Part shown: one piece after another, positions 1 through 11,090 of the stretch
How positions within the stretch are numbered: the stretch's first letter is position 1
Layout of the letters: each line of letters starts with the position of its first letter
Assembly: GCA_002104905.1 (NCBI GenBank)
Contig: MCFE01000491.1
Location: 2,923-66,922, forward strand
Length of the DNA: 64,000 bases
DNA from: Basidiobolus meristosporus CBS 931.73
Lineage: Eukaryota > Fungi > Basidiobolomycota
Direction of reading: 5' to 3'
The notes under the pieces: generated by a model
Database searches by the model: none
The model's input: the letters and a program-made list of their open reading frames with translations, nothing else
Told to the model about the DNA's origin: nothing
Position numbers and translations under genes: made by a program

Positions 1-88
1 CCCCCAGGTGTCGTAATACTCAAATAGACTAAATATTGAGTGGTCACTTGCTACGTACCTCACCTACCAACAACCCTACTTCAAGAAT

Positions 89-1874
89 ATGGCCACAGCT
101 AGCGCTAACCCCGAATGGACAAAGGACGAGCTAGAAGAGCTTGGAAGCGAAATCCTGAAAGCCAGCATCGAAGAGATAAAAAACAGGACCAGGCTCTTTG
201 ACAATGACATCAAGGTTTGCTCCCGCCTTCCCTCTCCATGCATGTCCTACCTGGCTGCACCTTCCCCCTGCCACCAGCTCTAAAGATCTCTTGTTTCTCC
301 AGGTGATGCGCAGTGAGCAAATGAGACTGCAACACGAGCAGGCCGCCATGACCGAACGGATCAGAGAGAACAGAGAAAAAATCAAAATGAACAAACAGCT
401 GCCTTACTTGGTTGGAAATGTGGTGGAGGTAGCTTATCCTTGAACTATTTCCGGTTTATGAAGCCTACTAACCATGTCTCTAGATTATGGATATGAATCC
501 TAACGAAGACACAGAGGAGGAAGGTGCCAATATTGATCTTGACGCGCATCGCAAAGGCAAGTGTGCCGTGGTGAAGACCTCCACCCGCCAGGTATTTGTC
601 TCCGTCCCTTCTCTTGTTTCCCTGCAAAGCGTCTCACAACCAGCTTTTGAAAGACCATATTCCTTCCACTGATTGGCCTGGTTGACCATGACAAGCTGAA
701 GCCAGGAGACTTGATTGGCATGAATAAGGATAGTTACTTGGTTTTAGATACTCTCCCTGCTGAGTAGGTCTCAACCGCTATCTTTCATGGTTCTGCTTTC
801 ACTAATTGCGGTCGATTGTAGATATGACAGCCGTGTGAAGGCGATGGAGGTTGACGAAAAACCAACTGAAGACTACACTGACATCGGAGGCCTCGACAAG
901 CAGATCGAGGAGTTGGTTGAAGCTATAGTTCTTCCCATGACTCATGCTGAAAGATTTAAGAACCTTGGAATCAAGCCACCAAAAGGTAGATCACATGTGG
1001 AGCGGCTTGGACTAGAACAACACTGACATATCACATCCAGGCGTTTTGATGTACGGCCCACCCGGAACAGGGAAAACTCTGCTTGCCCGTGCTTGTGCAG
1101 CCCAAACCAACTCCACCTATCTCAAACTAGCCGGTCCTCAGCTGGTTCAAGTAAGTAGTCCTGGACGGCAGCCTCCAGACCGGTGACTGATGGTCCCTCT
1201 TGTAGATGTTCATCGGCGACGGTGCCAAACTTGTGCGTGACGCCTTTGAACTCGCCAAAGAGAAAGCTCCGTCCATCATCTTCATCGATGAGCTGGATGC
1301 GGTTGGTACCAAACGTTTCGACAGCGAGAAGAGCGGTGATCGTGAAGTCCAAAGAACTATGTTGGAGTTACTGAATCAATTGGACGGATTCAGCAGCGAC
1401 GACAGAATCAAGGTTGGTGCTAGATAACCCGAGCATGGTCCGGCGCTACGCCGTTTGCTGACAAAGTGTGTGTTTCAGGTCATCGCAGCAACGAACCGTA
1501 TCGATATCCTGGACCCAGCGCTGCTACGGTCTGGACGATTGGATAGAAAGATCGAGTTTCCACTGCCTACCGAAGAAGCACGTGCCCGGATTCTACAGAT
1601 CCACTCTCGTAAAATGACCGTTGGATCCAACGTGAACTTCGAGGAGCTTGCACGTTGCTGTGACGAGTTCAACGGAGCGCAATGCAAAGCGGTTTGTGTC
1701 GAAGCCGGTATGCTTGCCCTTCGCCGCGGTGCATCGGAGTTGAGTCATGAGGACTTCATGGACGGTAGGATTTGGATTTACGTGAGAGATATTGTTCTCG
1801 ATACTTACCCGGGATCATTAGGAATCCAAGAGGTGATGGCCAAGAAGAAGACCTCGTTGAAGTATTTCGCGTAA
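89..1874 (+). CDS. RPT5: 26S proteasome regulatory ATPase subunit 6A (Rpt5/PSMC3), multi-exon
   Basis: Exons spliced at GT-AG introns give [10 protein letters not shown]|[35 protein letters not shown], Walker A ([10 protein letters not shown], ~1046), Walker [32 protein letters not shown] and [27 protein letters not shown], ending KKTSLKYFA*. Confidence 0.97.
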
Positions 1875-3189
1875 TCGTGCGATTCCCCATATTTGGTGGT
1901 TACCATTTCGTTCTGCTTTCGCTTCTCACCAGTGTACCCCTCGGTAGCTGTTACTCCGTTTGCAAAGCGTATGTTGAATATGCCATCGGACATTCTAGTA
2001 GCTGCTTCTGACCAAAATTATTGCTAGTGTTTTGCGGGATTTCTACATACCTCGTAATATGTTTTCAATGAAATTCGAAATCTCTTTCAACCCCCGTAAT
2101 ACAGCCTCACTTTTTAGAGAGCGTTTCGTTGTTGCTGAATATATGTGAATCAACCAAATCCAATGTCCACTTCCACTTCTCTTTCTCCGCACGGATCACT
2201 GTATCTGAAGTGAGTCTATCTATTTTGGCTGCAAATGCCTTGTAATCTCTGCATTGTTGCGCTCAATAAATCCAAAGACTGATTCAATCTTCACTGGGCA
2301 CAGCGATGGTAGCTGGATATAGGTTGGAGGATTGGGCGAATGTTCTCTGGAACTCAATCTACAGCTCAGCCCCGGAGGACTTGAAGCTATTGGTAGTCAT
2401 ATTCAGTTACTGCGAAAGACTTTTCCAACTGAGGCAAATAGACATTGACGGGAAGGCCGTCTCATCCCACTCCCCACTTATGCGATAATATAAGCAATGC
2501 CAGGTCAAGAGTATTCAGACCAAGGTAGGAAATGCAAGGGGGATTTTCGAGGAGTGCTGAATGGTGGATGATCGAAGCCAGCCGACCCTGGTGGTCCATT
2601 TTCGGCCTTCGGTAGCACCGATCCATCGTACGGATGGATCTTTGTTTTGCGCTTGAAGGGCCATTTTCATACACTCAATATTATTCTCGAAATGGTAGGG
2701 GCTAAATGCTAATGGGACAATCTACATGTACGTGACCACTACGTCGCAAGCCCCCCATTCTCGCTTGGAATTGTATGGAAATTCAATTTGGAACCTTCTA
2801 TTGATGCACCTTGCAGGCCTCGGGTACGATGCTGCCGAAACCAAGATACTACCCTACAAGACACGGCAGTCCCATTCTCCCCGACAGAATCTGGATAATC
2901 GTATCGAATCTCAGAGATTTCGGAACCTCTTGGATACATCCGTTAAGGTGACTTAGAATAGGTTAGTTGCATCCACCTAATGATCGCGGTGGCCACCCGG
3001 GGAATTACTTATCCACGAAATGATTTTATTGAAGAATGGATTTCTCTCTAGCTCATATCAGCGCACCTAACAAATTGGTATCTAACGGCTTACCGAAGAG
3101 CTAGAAATGTGAAAATGATGCGACTCACCCCTCCCTCGATATGGAAACCTTGCTTGGCACTCCCCAACCAATGAATTTGCCTGCAACAA

Positions 3190-4511
3190 CTAGTCAGCTC
3201 CCGACATCGATTGTGGCAGCTTGATCAGCATTTGCTGAGCATCGGACGAAGGGAATGAACGCGCTATCTCCATGGCACTTTGACAGCGATTCGCAACAAT
3301 CTCCGAGGTGCGCTCAAGCGCCTTGGTTTCACGGACGATGTCATAAACCTGCTCGAGGAGATGTTGAGTTCTAAGGGAGGTAGATCTGCTAACTTCGATT
3401 AGGGATTTACCTTGAGGACACTGGAATTGGATTCAGAGATGGCGCTATGCTTGATCAAGTCTTTCAACACAGGGCTGCGCTCAATGGCAAGGACCAGGGG
3501 CCCCGAGTAAATCGACGGGTTGAAGTCGCTCCTCTTCTCGCTGATGGCGGCCTTCCACTCCAGGAGGTCCTGATGAAGCTATGAAACGTGGTTAGAAGAG
3601 GGGCACCTGGATTTGGTGGGATATCCGCCGCTTACTTGAATAGCGATTCCCAGTTCTTTCCCATACTGATAGGCTGCATCCACGATCTCAGACTCGCACT
3701 GACCTAGGATGGCGGCTGCTTTGCAGCTATTTGCCATCAATGAGGCATACTTGAGATATATCTGGTCTAAGCAGCACTCGAGAGTCAAGTTCTCGGTTAA
3801 TGCCTCATCGGCCTTCATAAACTCCCCTTGCACTTGGTTCTCGATGGCCAGGGCAATAAGCTCCACAACTTCCGGGACTCTCAGGCGAGCAAGGCCCATG
3901 GAGGCACGTGCGAGAAGGAAATCCCCTCCGAGGACGGACAATTTGTTCCCTTTGGCGGCAGCAGCCGTTTCTGGAGTATTCTCCGACATGGAGTAATCCA
4001 AAACGTCATCATGGATCAGTGAAGCGGTATGGATCATTTCGGTAATTTCGGAGAGGCTGCGTTGCTCGGGTAGCGTGCCATTCGAATCTTTTCCCTTCAA
4101 CCCCGGGCCGTTCACCGCACGAGACATCATCAAAACTATCAAAGGGTGGATATGCTTGTGGCTGTCGTCTAAATAATATTTACTCATGGTTCGTAATATG
4201 GGGTGCTCCAGGTCTAGAAAGTCGGACATGCTGCTGCTTAATTCCGTGACGTCCTCACCAACGAGGGTGTCGGGATTTATATAGGAGCCGCCGGGATGCT
4301 GCATCAAGCTCTCTGCGTCCTGTACGGCTTGAGTCCACGTATGAGAGCTTCTCAGCAGCGAGAAAGTGTGCTCTGAATGGTATGGGCTAGCTGTGAGAGA
4401 CCATGACTTCCAGCCAAGGGGATTGCCAACTTTCACCGAAGCCCGGAGTTTTGGGGCCTGACGGAGCAATACCCGACGGGTCTGGGAATAGAGAAAAGAG
4501 AGGGAGCTCAT
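3190..4511 (-). CDS. COQ1: Trans-polyprenyl diphosphate synthase family (Coq1/Dps1-like), possibly a non-catalytic subunit; multi-exon
   Basis: ORF 3579..4511 has a mitochondrial-type presequence, EMIHTASLIHDDVLD, GNKLSVLGGDFLLARAS and YGKELGIAIQ. Downstream exons read LHQDLLEW... and VYDIVRETKALERT..., with the stop at 3190. Confidence 0.85.
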
Positions 4512-5072
4512 GTTTGGAAAGGATTCTACTGCTTCGCAATATCTATGGAAAAATCTTGGAAGACAGTTAGCCTCGCCCTCGAGAAGGACAGTGACCTCAT
4601 TGGCATGTATTAAGACATCAGCTTACTTTTAGGTGCTTGCTGTGCGGACTGAGGAGCTACTCTGCCGCGTTCTACTGTAGAAAAAGGCAACGGCGTTGAA
4701 CTAAAACCAAGTTAGGAGCATGAAAAATTTTGGTCAAGCAGCATTGATAACCGTCGCTCATTGGAAATTTCAAATCAATTGAATCATTCCCAACTGATTT
4801 ATAGTCATGGCGAATGCATTTAAGCTTCTCTGATAACGGGGTCCAACTTTGATTAGAAGTGCAGTTAAATTTAAGCATTTTTCGCAATGGCCAGCAACAC
4901 GCATACACATAGACAATAGAGATGGACTTCAGAATTCCCACAGATCAAATCTCTGGAGTTTGCTAGCCAACCACATTTACCCCTATTTCAGATCAACTGT
5001 TTCAACTTATCCACGATGCAATGCGCCGTTTAAAGCTGATGTTCTGATTGCTAAGACAACAATATCGTCAGC

Positions 5073-5780
5073 ATGGTCATTCTAACTTCAGCAGATGGCA
5101 AGGAATTTACTACAGACAAAGAGGTTGTGCAGAGGTCCAAGGTGTTGCGAGATATGCTAGAAGACGTTGGCGAAACAGACCAACCTATTCCCGTGCCCAA
5201 CGTAGACAGCTCAGTCTTGGAAAAGGTACGTCTTTACCAACGACCAACTCTTTTGTTGCATACCAACCCAATCGACTCCCGACTTTGGTCAACAGGTCTT
5301 GGAATTCTGTGAATATCATCGCAACGATCCGCTGGATATTGAGGATGATTCGGATGATGAAGGGAACAAAATCGACGACATTTTGGAGTGGGATCGGAAG
5401 TTCATTCAAGTGGATGTTGAGATGCTAAAGCAGCTTATCTTGGTCAGTACCCACACAACACATACAACGTAACATGCGCTACACAGAAACTGAATTATCT
5501 CCGTTACTCGTTCGTCATTAGGCCTCGAATTATCTGGATATAAAACAGCTCTCGTAAGTCACGCAACACATCCTGGGCTCTCCTATACCTGTCACTTGAG
5601 CTGACATGCTCTCCAATGATATCTAGAGATGTGTCAACGAAGACTGCGGCTAGCCTACTCAAGGGAAAAACCCCCGAAGAAATCCGCCAACTTTTTGGCA
5701 TTGAAAACGACTTCACTCCCGAGGAGGAGGAGCAGCTGAGGAGAGATAATGAATGGGCAGACCCAAACCTGAAATGCTGA
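5073..5780 (+). CDS. SKP1: Skp1 family SCF adaptor (divergent), multi-exon
   Basis: [48 protein letters not shown] and [23 protein letters not shown], joined across GT-AG introns. Confidence 0.9.
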
Positions 5781-6045
5781 TGGCCCCAATAGCAATCATC
5801 AATAAACCTAAACAAACAGAGCTCACCCAACACCCGGGTTGCTTTTTGGCGAACGGGACCCGTTGCAACTCTAAAGTGGCACCACAGGGTGGCCGTAGGC
5901 AGCGAGTCACCATTCAATGGAATAAGGAAATTTATTTACATCAAAAACAATAGCAGCATATGAGCTTTATTACTCGGATACAAAAACATCGGTCTTGGTG
6001 ACGGATCTTGTTCTGAAATATGGCGGCGAAATGAGAATACCGAGT

Positions 6046-8765
6046 TCAGGTTCTCAACTCGAGCTCGATCCAAGACCCATCCACTCTGCGACCTCTAACA
6101 TGATTGGCGTGTGGCGAGAGTTCTAAGTCCATAATATAAGGCCTGGAAGGGGGTATTTAGAATCATGAATCGTTAGGGCAATGCTGGTATCGAAGAGAAC
6201 AACGTACTGGGCTAGTTCAGCTAGGATGTTTTCCACCATCACATCGCACCGCAGCTCTTCTAATGGCAAATCACGGTCACAGATGGGACACTCCCACATG
6301 GGTTTAATCGCATTGACTTGTAAATAGGCATGAAGGTCGAAGCACTGGCAGGAAGTAATAAGCGCGATTAGCAACTGGCTTGCTTCACTTGAGTAGAATC
6401 GGTTGTTGAAAACCTACCCCAACATGGCGGCAGCGTACTCCTTTGACGGGCGTGTGAATTCTTTGATGGTTGATGGGGCATCGAAGGCTAAGCCGGATGG
6501 AGGGTTGGAAAACCTTGACTTCCCGAGAATTGTCGTCGTCAAGCTCCCCGCTGTCCGATCGCGTGTCCTGCCCGTTACTATCGAAGAATCGAGAGGGCCG
6601 GTTCGAGGCACCGGGTATGTTCCCTGGGTGCTTAGCGCTGTGGTCAGAAGCCAGGCTCTGCACTGGAATGAGGAAAACACAAAAATAAATAATCGGCGAT
6701 CTCCATTACGCAGCCATGGCGCTTACCTAGTGCCCTTCCCTCCTCGGCCTTGATGCATTTGTTTCGCAGCTCGTTCAACAAGAAATTGATTGACTTGTAA
6801 ACGTTGACCTTGATGGCGACACGGACATTCTATCCAGGGCAGTGGTTAGTGAGTACCGGATTAATCAGGCTTCATGAATCTATATTACCTGCAGTAACTT
6901 CAGGTTGCTTTCATTTCGGCTCTCGTTATCGGTGCTGAAAAGTAGTACATTCTTCTTGGAGCAAAAGTCTGAAACATCAATGTAGTGTCGCTCACGCTGC
7001 CTGTGTAGCTCAGATTCAAGTGGTATGTCGCAATCGTTCATGCAAAACCTGAACTTGGGCAACGGCAGGTTGATGTCTTTCTTGAATATCGTCAAAAACA
7101 CCCCGACAGGCTCGAGGGACTGGGCCGCCTGGCGATTTCTACGGGTCACCCCCTGGTTAGACTGATTTGGAAAGCAAGGAACCATGGACGCACTTACTTG
7201 GATAGTGACCTCAGCTCGATATCCGATATGGTGAAGCATAACGGCGATTCCCTTGCCTTCAGGCAGGATTCCAGGGAGAGAAAAGATATGGGGAACCTCC
7301 GGAGAATTGGGAGGTCTCGAGATGGCTCGACCTGTGCCACAGGCTCGTAATCCTCCTCCTTAATTTCGACGGAGGATTCCTCGCGTCGAAGGAGCTCTAA
7401 GAATTCAATCTCCGCTTCGGTGAAATCATCCTCCGACTTGACCGAGGTGCTCTCTTCGCTGTTCATGGGGTTCACTGCACCGCCAATCCTCCGAAGCATC
7501 TCACCCGTGTCGCCGATCGACACTTGCGAAACGCAAACCGCGTTGTTTATGGAGGTGTAGAGACTGGTGATGCTTTGCTCCGGGCTTCCTCGAAGAAAGT
7601 TCGAGTTGGGCTCCGCAGAGGATACTGTTGGATCAGGGTTGTATGAGAACTGCGGGTCGTATTCCATGGAGGACAATATGGGTGGTAAATCTACAGGGTT
7701 GTTCGAGAGCTCGCACATAGTATAGTACATACGAATAATGATTTCTAGATAGAATGGCTCAATGGATGCACGAAAACTCATAACTCACGGTGAATTACCT
7801 CTACGCCGTGGCTGGAAGTGAAGGAGGTGTTGGCAAACAATCCTAAGCACCTGCCAGCCATAGTTGACGTTGTATCCAAGTCTCCTACTTTTACGCACTA
7901 TAATCTGCCAGGAAAACCCGTTAGAACTCCAGTTGGGTTCAGCTGTGGAGCACTAAAAGCATGAACAAGGTACCTTTAAGCAGTGAATCAGAGTCTTCTC
8001 TGTGTGAAAGCAGTATGCTGAGTCGGTTTGGCACCAGGTGTAAAGCTCCATACACGCGTGAAGGTAAGTACGAGATCTGCTCAACTTTTGGGCCAATCCT
8101 TTGAGCCGGTTGTTTATTCCCAGAATGGTGGCATTGTCGTATTGGCTCCTTAGCTCAGACATGTTGATCCTACTGACAATCACATCATCTCCTTGACTAG
8201 AATTCAGCTCGACTATTCTTGGCTCGTTCGACGATGTGTGGAACGCACTCATATTTCGAACGTTTTCGAAAGGACTGGATTCTCGCTGAGTGGTGTGCTG
8301 GCTGGCATCGACATCCGGGTCTACCTCTTCTTGGAAAGCTGGCGGTAAATCGCGCTGGCAAGAAGCCCTCTCGGCTCTATATGAATTGTGGGCGGGGATA
8401 ACCCTAGGTGGCATCCGTTCAAACACAGGGCCTCTTTGGAAAGAGGGCTGAGCTTGGGTGCGTGCGGGAGAGGACATTCGTTGATAAGGATGTGAGCGAG
8501 TGCTCCCACGTCTGTAAGTGTTTAACCGTGGCCCCGAACCAACTGTGCTTCGAATCGACATTGGCTGTGCCGGGTACTCCTGTGAGCGATTGTCTGACAA
8601 GGAGTTTGTTCGTGAGAAAGTGTGTGGTTCAGATCGAGTGGGGCGAGTTTGAGGCGAAATAGGAGGGAAGGCTATGGATTCTTCGACTAGAGTTTCTTCA
8701 TCGGAATACTCTTCCTCCGGAGACCAGTAATCTTCCGTAGATTTTTTGTGTGCCTCGAAGTTCAT
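6046..8765 (-). CDS. SP-RING (zf-MIZ) domain protein, PIAS/Siz-like putative SUMO E3 ligase; multi-exon, 5' exons tentative
   Basis: LSLRCPINHQRIHTPVKGVRCRH (6385..6663) and CFDLHAYLQVNAIKPMWECPICDRDL (6123..6374) form an SP-RING. ORFs 7953..8765, 7194..7781 and 6880..7239 are same-strand and flanked by plausible splice sites. Joining them into one gene is inference. Confidence 0.65.
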
Positions 8766-9713
8766 TCAAACAAGTGTTGGCCTTCGCAGCTCAGCGATGT
8801 ATCAAAAAGAAATAAGTGCAGCGATGATTTTGAGAATAACTGGATTTATTGGTAACCATCAATAATGGCAATTCCTAGCACACTAAAATAAAAAAATGAT
8901 TCCCTTGGTGGATCAGACCTAGACCACATTATCTAACTAATCTATCTATCACCGCTATTTTGGGTTAATACCAGTATCATACTTGGATGCGCAGGTGTAT
9001 AGCCAGGCACGGTCTACGCTATTTGAGCAACCAGCACTTGCCCACAATGGACCCGAGTTCTCAGAATCTACAGGAGCGGAATTTGTTTACAGAATCGAAA
9101 TGGGATACCAGTTTGGATGGATTGGGATTGACCTTTATGCCCAAGTGCACACTCATGCACGCCTTCTCTTCAGATGATTCCGAGTAAGACGAAAGGGCAA
9201 GGCCTGGATTCTCGCCGAATTCGCATCCATCGCTGATCTCGAAAATCTGCTTTATCGTGGATGGTGCATGTAGGTTAACTATATTTGAGTTCGTTTGCCG
9301 ATCGCTTAGATCGTTCTGATTCCCCTCTAGCAGATACCAGATCTAACTGTAAGAACGGATAATCGGAGTATTACTGTTTATCCCAGTGGCAGTGGATTAC
9401 CTGATTGGATGGTCAAGCCCCTGACATTATCACGCGTCAAGTGTGCCGACAAACGTTGGAGATTATGCAGGTTGCAGGAAGCTCTCTTGACATTTATGGT
9501 CTATGTGTCTTGTTGAGGCCTTGGCAGAATGGCCTAGGCCCAAGACGTGCTTCGTCAGAAAATCAACACATTATTGCAACCGTATTTAATGAGCTAATGA
9601 TCGTCTGAAATATCACCTGATGATTCGTTCAGTTTAGGCAACAAAGCATGAAATGCATTGCTATGGAATTCGGTTTTATCTATCCATTTGGCCTTCTGCA
9701 TTATCAAGTCAAG

Positions 9714-10649
9714 ATGGGCAAATGCCTTGGTATTATACTTGTGCTTATAAGTCTTGTCACACTAGCTTATGGTTCGTCTGGTGATCAGCAGCCTGTCTTT
9801 GTCAATTGCGTAGATGTTTGTGAGCAGAGCATTTGTGGTACCAATCCGACTCTCCCTCTCATTCTTCGTATTACTAGATGGAGTTGCTTAGACAACTGCA
9901 AGTATAACTGTATGCGTCAGGCTACTGAGGCAGCTGTAGAGAGGGGTGAGGAGATCGTGCAGTATTACGGTAAATGGCCGTTCATTCGTTTGTTTGGTTT
10001 GCAAGAACCTGCCAGCGTGCTGTTTAGTGTACTCAACGGCTGGGCACATTGGCATCATTGGAGGAGAATCCAAACTCGGGTACCAGATCAGTATTTCTTG
10101 AAACCCTTCTATTTTGGTTATGCGCTTTTAGGCATGAACGCTTGGCTGTGCTCTAGCATCTTTCATTCTCGGGATAACTCGGTAACAGAAAAGCTGGATT
10201 ATTTCTCAGCGGCCTTGACCATCCTTTATGGTTTGTACATGGCCATTCTCAGGATCACGCACACAGTCAGTAGAAGAAAACAGATGATCATAGGAATTGC
10301 CCATATGATTCCCTTTATATTTCATATTAGTTACTTGAGCTTCTATAACTTTGACTATGACTACAACATGAAGGCAAACGTCTGCATCGGTATGTTGCAT
10401 AACTTGGCGTGGATCTTTCTAGCGATACGTTCCCCCAATCATCCTTACCGTTGGAGGCCCGTCGTGAGTGCCTCTTTGGTGACTTCAGCCATGATGCTGG
10501 AGCTATTTGATTTCCCGCCCCTTTTCATGGTGTTGGATGCGCATTCTCTTTGGCACGCTGCCACTATACCGATCATTTTCTATTGGTACACCTTCCTTAT
10601 TGAAGATGCCTACTGGGATTCTTCTTGCGTGCATCCCAAACTGGGATAA
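9714..10649 (+). CDS. PER1: Per1/PGAP3 GPI lipid-remodelling protein, intronless
   Basis: Signal peptide from MGKCLG (ATG 9714), SSGDQQPVFVNCV, WSCLDNCKYNCM, QYYGKWPFIRLFGLQEPASVLFS, SSIFHSRD, EKLDYFSA and ELFDFPP...DAHSLWHAATIP. Confidence 0.95.
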   Translation: MGKCLGIILVLISLVTLAYGSSGDQQPVFVNCVDVCEQSICGTNPTLPLILRITRWSCLDNCKYNCMRQATEAAVERGEEIVQYYGKWPFIRLFGLQEPASVLFSVLNGWAHWHHWRRIQTRVPDQYFLKPFYFGYALLGMNAWLCSSIFHSRDNSVTEKLDYFSAALTILYGLYMAILRITHTVSRRKQMIIGIAHMIPFIFHISYLSFYNFDYDYNMKANVCIGMLHNLAWIFLAIRSPNHPYRWRPVVSASLVTSAMMLELFDFPPLFMVLDAHSLWHAATIPIIFYWYTFLIEDAYWDSSCVHPKLG

Positions 10650-11090
10650 CACAACATTGGTACCTCACAACGGAAGATACTTTCGACATCTATGTTTCAA
10701 ATATCATAATGTAATCCTACCCAGAAAAACTGTTTATGTATGCCGATGGCACGCGTTCGGTAATATTAAACTGAACCAACCAAACTTCAAGCCCCATTAT
10801 ATTCCCCAAGAATGCACGAAGCTTGAAGGCATCCAACGGACTGGAAAGCCAGCCTCAACATGAGTTAGGCTGATCGAGAATATTCCTCGTCGTGACAGCT
10901 TACGAATGCCAATAAATTTACACGCTAAAAGGTACCTAAATCTTGTATAGCAATGGTATCTCCACACTCTGCAGCCATCATTCGTGATCGAAATCTTTAT
11001 TATACTGCACATGACGCTGCGCGATACAGCCGGCTGTAACTGGACGAATGGTGTTGAATGGATTCCACCATAGAAAACGGCAGGTGGTTG

